Shown here one piece after another: positions 52,417 to 54,626 of a stretch of DNA of 54,626 nucleotides. The stretch comes from Nitrospirota bacterium (GTDB lineage: Bacteria > Nitrospirota > Thermodesulfovibrionia > Thermodesulfovibrionales > Dissulfurispiraceae). The first letter of the stretch is position 1. The number at the start of each line of letters is the position of its first letter. The position numbers were made by a program, and so were the translations under genes. Below the pieces are notes generated by a model. The model searched no databases. It was given only the letters and a program-made list of their open reading frames with translations, and was not told the origin of the DNA. The stretch spans positions 1 through 54,626 of the forward strand of contig JAJZPZ010000001.1 in assembly GCA_021847795.1 (NCBI GenBank), given 5' to 3'.

Positions 52417-52500
52417 AAACAGTAACAAGTTACAAGTAACAAGTTAAAAGAGAACTACTCCTCAGGCTCGTTACTCGTTACTCCTCACTCGTTACTTATA
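52417..52500. repeat. Shorter GTAAC-unit element filling the accB-accC spacer
   Basis: aaacagtaacaagttacaagtaacaagttaaaag starts right after the accB TAA. The right half ctcgttactcgttactcctcactcgttactta is complementary in its units. It is related to 22897-22944 but lacks about 15 nt. Confidence 0.8.
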
Positions 52501-52511
52501 AAAGGTGAAGA

Positions 52512-53906
52512 ATGAAACTTTTTAAGAAGATTCTCATAGCAAACCGTGGAGAAATCAGCATAAGGGTGATCCGCGCGTGCAAAGAGCTTGGCATCAGGAC
52601 CGTTGCCATTTTTTCCGATGTAGAAAGGGATGCGCTCCATGTAAAGCTGGCCGATGAATCGATCTGCATCGGGCCTGCGAGCCCCAGCCAGAGCTATCTC
52701 AACATCCCCGCGATCCTGAGCGCTGCCGAACTTACTGATTCGGAGGCAATCCACCCGGGATACGGGTTCCTTTCCGAAAACCCGCAGTTCGCAGAGGCCT
52801 GCGCAACGTCGGGCATTACTTTCATAGGCCCGACCACCGACAACCTGAAGACAGGCGGGGACAAGGCAAAGGCCCGCCAGGTGCTGAAACGCCGCGGGAT
52901 CCCGGTTGTCCCGGGAAGCGATGGCCCGGTGGCCTCGGAAGAGACAGCCCTGAAGACGGCAAAGAAAATCGGCTTCCCGGTGATTATAAAGGCATCCGCC
53001 GGAGGAGGCGGACGCGGCATGAGGATAGTCAACGAGGAGGAGGAGCTCTCGCAGGCCTTCCATATGGCGCAGCGGGAATCCCTTGCCGCTTTCGGCAGCA
53101 GCGAGTTATACATGGAAAGATACCTTCCCGCGATCCGGCACATCGAGGTACAGATCATTTCCGACGGGAAAGGGAACGTCATCCATCTCGGAGAGCGTGA
53201 CTGCTCCGTACAGAGAAGGCATCAGAAGCTCATAGAAGAGGCGCCCTCGCCCATTGCAACGGAGAAATTCCGTAAGAAGATCGGAGAGCTTGCGGTCAGG
53301 GCAGCCAAAGCCCTGAAATACAAAAACGTCGGCACCATAGAATTCATCGTTGATCAGGACCAGAATATCTACTTTATGGAAATAAACACCAGGGTGCAGG
53401 TAGAACACCCCGTCACGGAAGAGCTGACAGGCGTGGACATCATAAAAGAGCAGATCAGGATTGCAGCCGGCTTTCCCCTCGCCTATAAACAAAGCCAGAT
53501 CAAACCTTCAGGCCATGCGATCGAATGCAGGATAAATGCAGAGGACCCGGAAAGGTTCATCCCCTCGCCGGGGAAAATAACCTTTTTTCTTCCTCCCGGG
53601 GGGCCCGGGGTACGGGTCGACACGGCAGCTTTCACCGGATGGGTAGTGCCGTCGCAGTACGATTCCCTGATCGCAAAGCTGATCGTTCATGCCAAAAACA
53701 GAGAAGAGGCCATCGCACGGATGCGGAGGGCCCTGGATGAATTTGTCGTTGAAGGGATCAAGACCACCATCCCCTTTCATAAAAAAGTTTTCAGCCATCC
53801 TGATTTCCTGAAAGGCAATTTTAATACCGACTTTATCGAGAAAATGTCGGAATCGGGAAGCAATGGACTTAAACCTGCCGAGGGTTCCGAAAACACGAAT
53901 GAGTGA
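52512..53906 (+). CDS. accC: Acetyl-CoA carboxylase biotin carboxylase subunit
   Basis: KILIANRGEISIRVIRACKELGI, HPGYGFLSEN, KASAGGGGRGMR, EINTRVQVEHPVTE. Confidence 0.97.
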   Translation: MKLFKKILIANRGEISIRVIRACKELGIRTVAIFSDVERDALHVKLADESICIGPASPSQSYLNIPAILSAAELTDSEAIHPGYGFLSENPQFAEACATSGITFIGPTTDNLKTGGDKAKARQVLKRRGIPVVPGSDGPVASEETALKTAKKIGFPVIIKASAGGGGRGMRIVNEEEELSQAFHMAQRESLAAFGSSELYMERYLPAIRHIEVQIISDGKGNVIHLGERDCSVQRRHQKLIEEAPSPIATEKFRKKIGELAVRAAKALKYKNVGTIEFIVDQDQNIYFMEINTRVQVEHPVTEELTGVDIIKEQIRIAAGFPLAYKQSQIKPSGHAIECRINAEDPERFIPSPGKITFFLPPGGPGVRVDTAAFTGWVVPSQYDSLIAKLIVHAKNREEAIARMRRALDEFVVEGIKTTIPFHKKVFSHPDFLKGNFNTDFIEKMSESGSNGLKPAEGSENTNE

Positions 53907-54570
53907 GACCCGGCGCCGCTTCAGCCCTATCTGTTTTATAACAGGCACGCCCCGGAACAGCACGCTTGAACAAGCGGTTTCCACGCTTCTGGAAGCAGGC
54001 ATCACATGGATTCAATACCGTGAAAAAAACAAAACAAAAAGAGAACTTCTCAGTGAGGCCCTTAAGCTCAGGGAGATAACCCGGCGCTACGGCGCATGCC
54101 TTATCGTGAATGACCATGCCGATATAGCACTTGCTGCCGACGCCGACGGAGTGCATCTGGGGCAGGACGATCTTCCGCTTGCAGACGCCAGGAAGATCAT
54201 GGGAAAAAGGATCATAGGCATATCGACCCATGCCCTGCAGGAGGCTGCTGATGCCGAAAAGGGGGGCGCCGACTATATTGGATTCGGCCCGGTCTTCCAT
54301 ACCACAACAAAAGATGCCGGCACGCCTAAAGGCCTTGCCGCCCTTCAGCAGATAAAGAGTTCCGTGGGAATCCCCGTAATCGCCATAGGCGGCGTAAAAG
54401 CGGAAACGCTGGAGCACGTCTTCCATTCCGGATGCGAAGGGGTTGCAGTGTCGTCAGGAATTTTACACGGGGACATCAGGGAGAATGCGAAAAGATTTTT
54501 GTCCGTAGCAGGGAACTGCAGAGCCCTGAACCGGCAATGGCCTTTGCCGGGGAGAATGAAGGAGGTTTGA
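53899..54570 (+). CDS. thiE: Thiamine-phosphate synthase
   Basis: ITWIQYREK, LIVNDHADIALAADADGVHLGQDDL, IGISTH, ADYIGFGPVFHTTTK, IGGV. ATG 53899 overlaps the accC stop (ATGAGTGA); the ORF track has 53863. Confidence 0.9.
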   Translation: MSETRRRFSPICFITGTPRNSTLEQAVSTLLEAGITWIQYREKNKTKRELLSEALKLREITRRYGACLIVNDHADIALAADADGVHLGQDDLPLADARKIMGKRIIGISTHALQEAADAEKGGADYIGFGPVFHTTTKDAGTPKGLAALQQIKSSVGIPVIAIGGVKAETLEHVFHSGCEGVAVSSGILHGDIRENAKRFLSVAGNCRALNRQWPLPGRMKEV

Positions 54571-54572
54571 GC

Positions 54573-54626
54573 ATGAAGAGGTGTATTGTTTTACTCACAG
54601 CCTTATTGTGTGCGGCCATCATGGGA
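54573..54626 (+). CDS. Start of an exported or lipoprotein-like ORF, truncated by the window end
   Basis: GAAGGAGG RBS, then MKRCIVLLTALLCAAIMG. Only 18 codons are visible. Confidence 0.4.
   Translation, partial: MKRCIVLLTALLCAAIMG

Noticed and set aside
51834-52500. Possible CRISPR array, considered because of the many GTAAC/GTTAC repeats (also GGATTT at 46355-46548)
   Set aside because: The units are only 6-10 nt, irregularly spaced and arranged as inverted arms. There are no 25-40 nt direct repeats alternating with unique spacers, and no cas genes in the window.

Overview
This is a 54.6 kb stretch of bacterial chromosome, called from motifs I recognise in the supplied ORF translations and from reading the DNA. 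No searches were run. The window is gene-dense and mostly housekeeping.

Conserved blocks:
- selA and a dGTPase-like gene
- class-V aminotransferase, serA, purA, comF
- tRNA-Leu(GAG)
- mtnA, ispB-like, AMMECR1 and moaC
- yggU, yicC, remA, gmk, rpoZ, coaBC
- pepP-like, efp, accB, accC, thiE

selA, a 7-haem membrane cytochrome and YkgJ-type Cys-cluster proteins suggest an anaerobic or metal-respiring, selenocysteine-using organism. I cannot assign a taxon.

Accessory content:
- a GT2 gene plus a PAP2-ArnT-like fusion at the left edge
- a run of GNAT, DinB, DUF3096, SagB-like, SDR and Pat genes
- an AT-richer islet (about 42.9-44.3 kb) with higBA-2 and a truncated nucleotidyltransferase

Items most worth follow-up:
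1. An unannotated 55-codon zinc-ribbon ORF with an in-frame TGA and a SECIS-like hairpin, lying between two divergent YkgJ-type genes (41342-41509).
2. A TM-less MgtE sensor module (PRC/MgtE_N/CBS) translationally coupled to an Nramp-fold transporter with NRMT-type metal-site substitutions.
3. Families of long hairpin or repeat elements that start right after stop codons. These include a 42-nt segment shared at 41/42 identity by two loci 29 kb apart.
4. A perfect 32-bp inverted repeat enclosing 110 nt.
5. An exactly repeated 16-bp palindrome, TGTTCCACGTGGAACA.
6. A csp gene bracketed by intrinsic terminator hairpins.

I saw no CRISPR array, rRNA, transposase or integrase.
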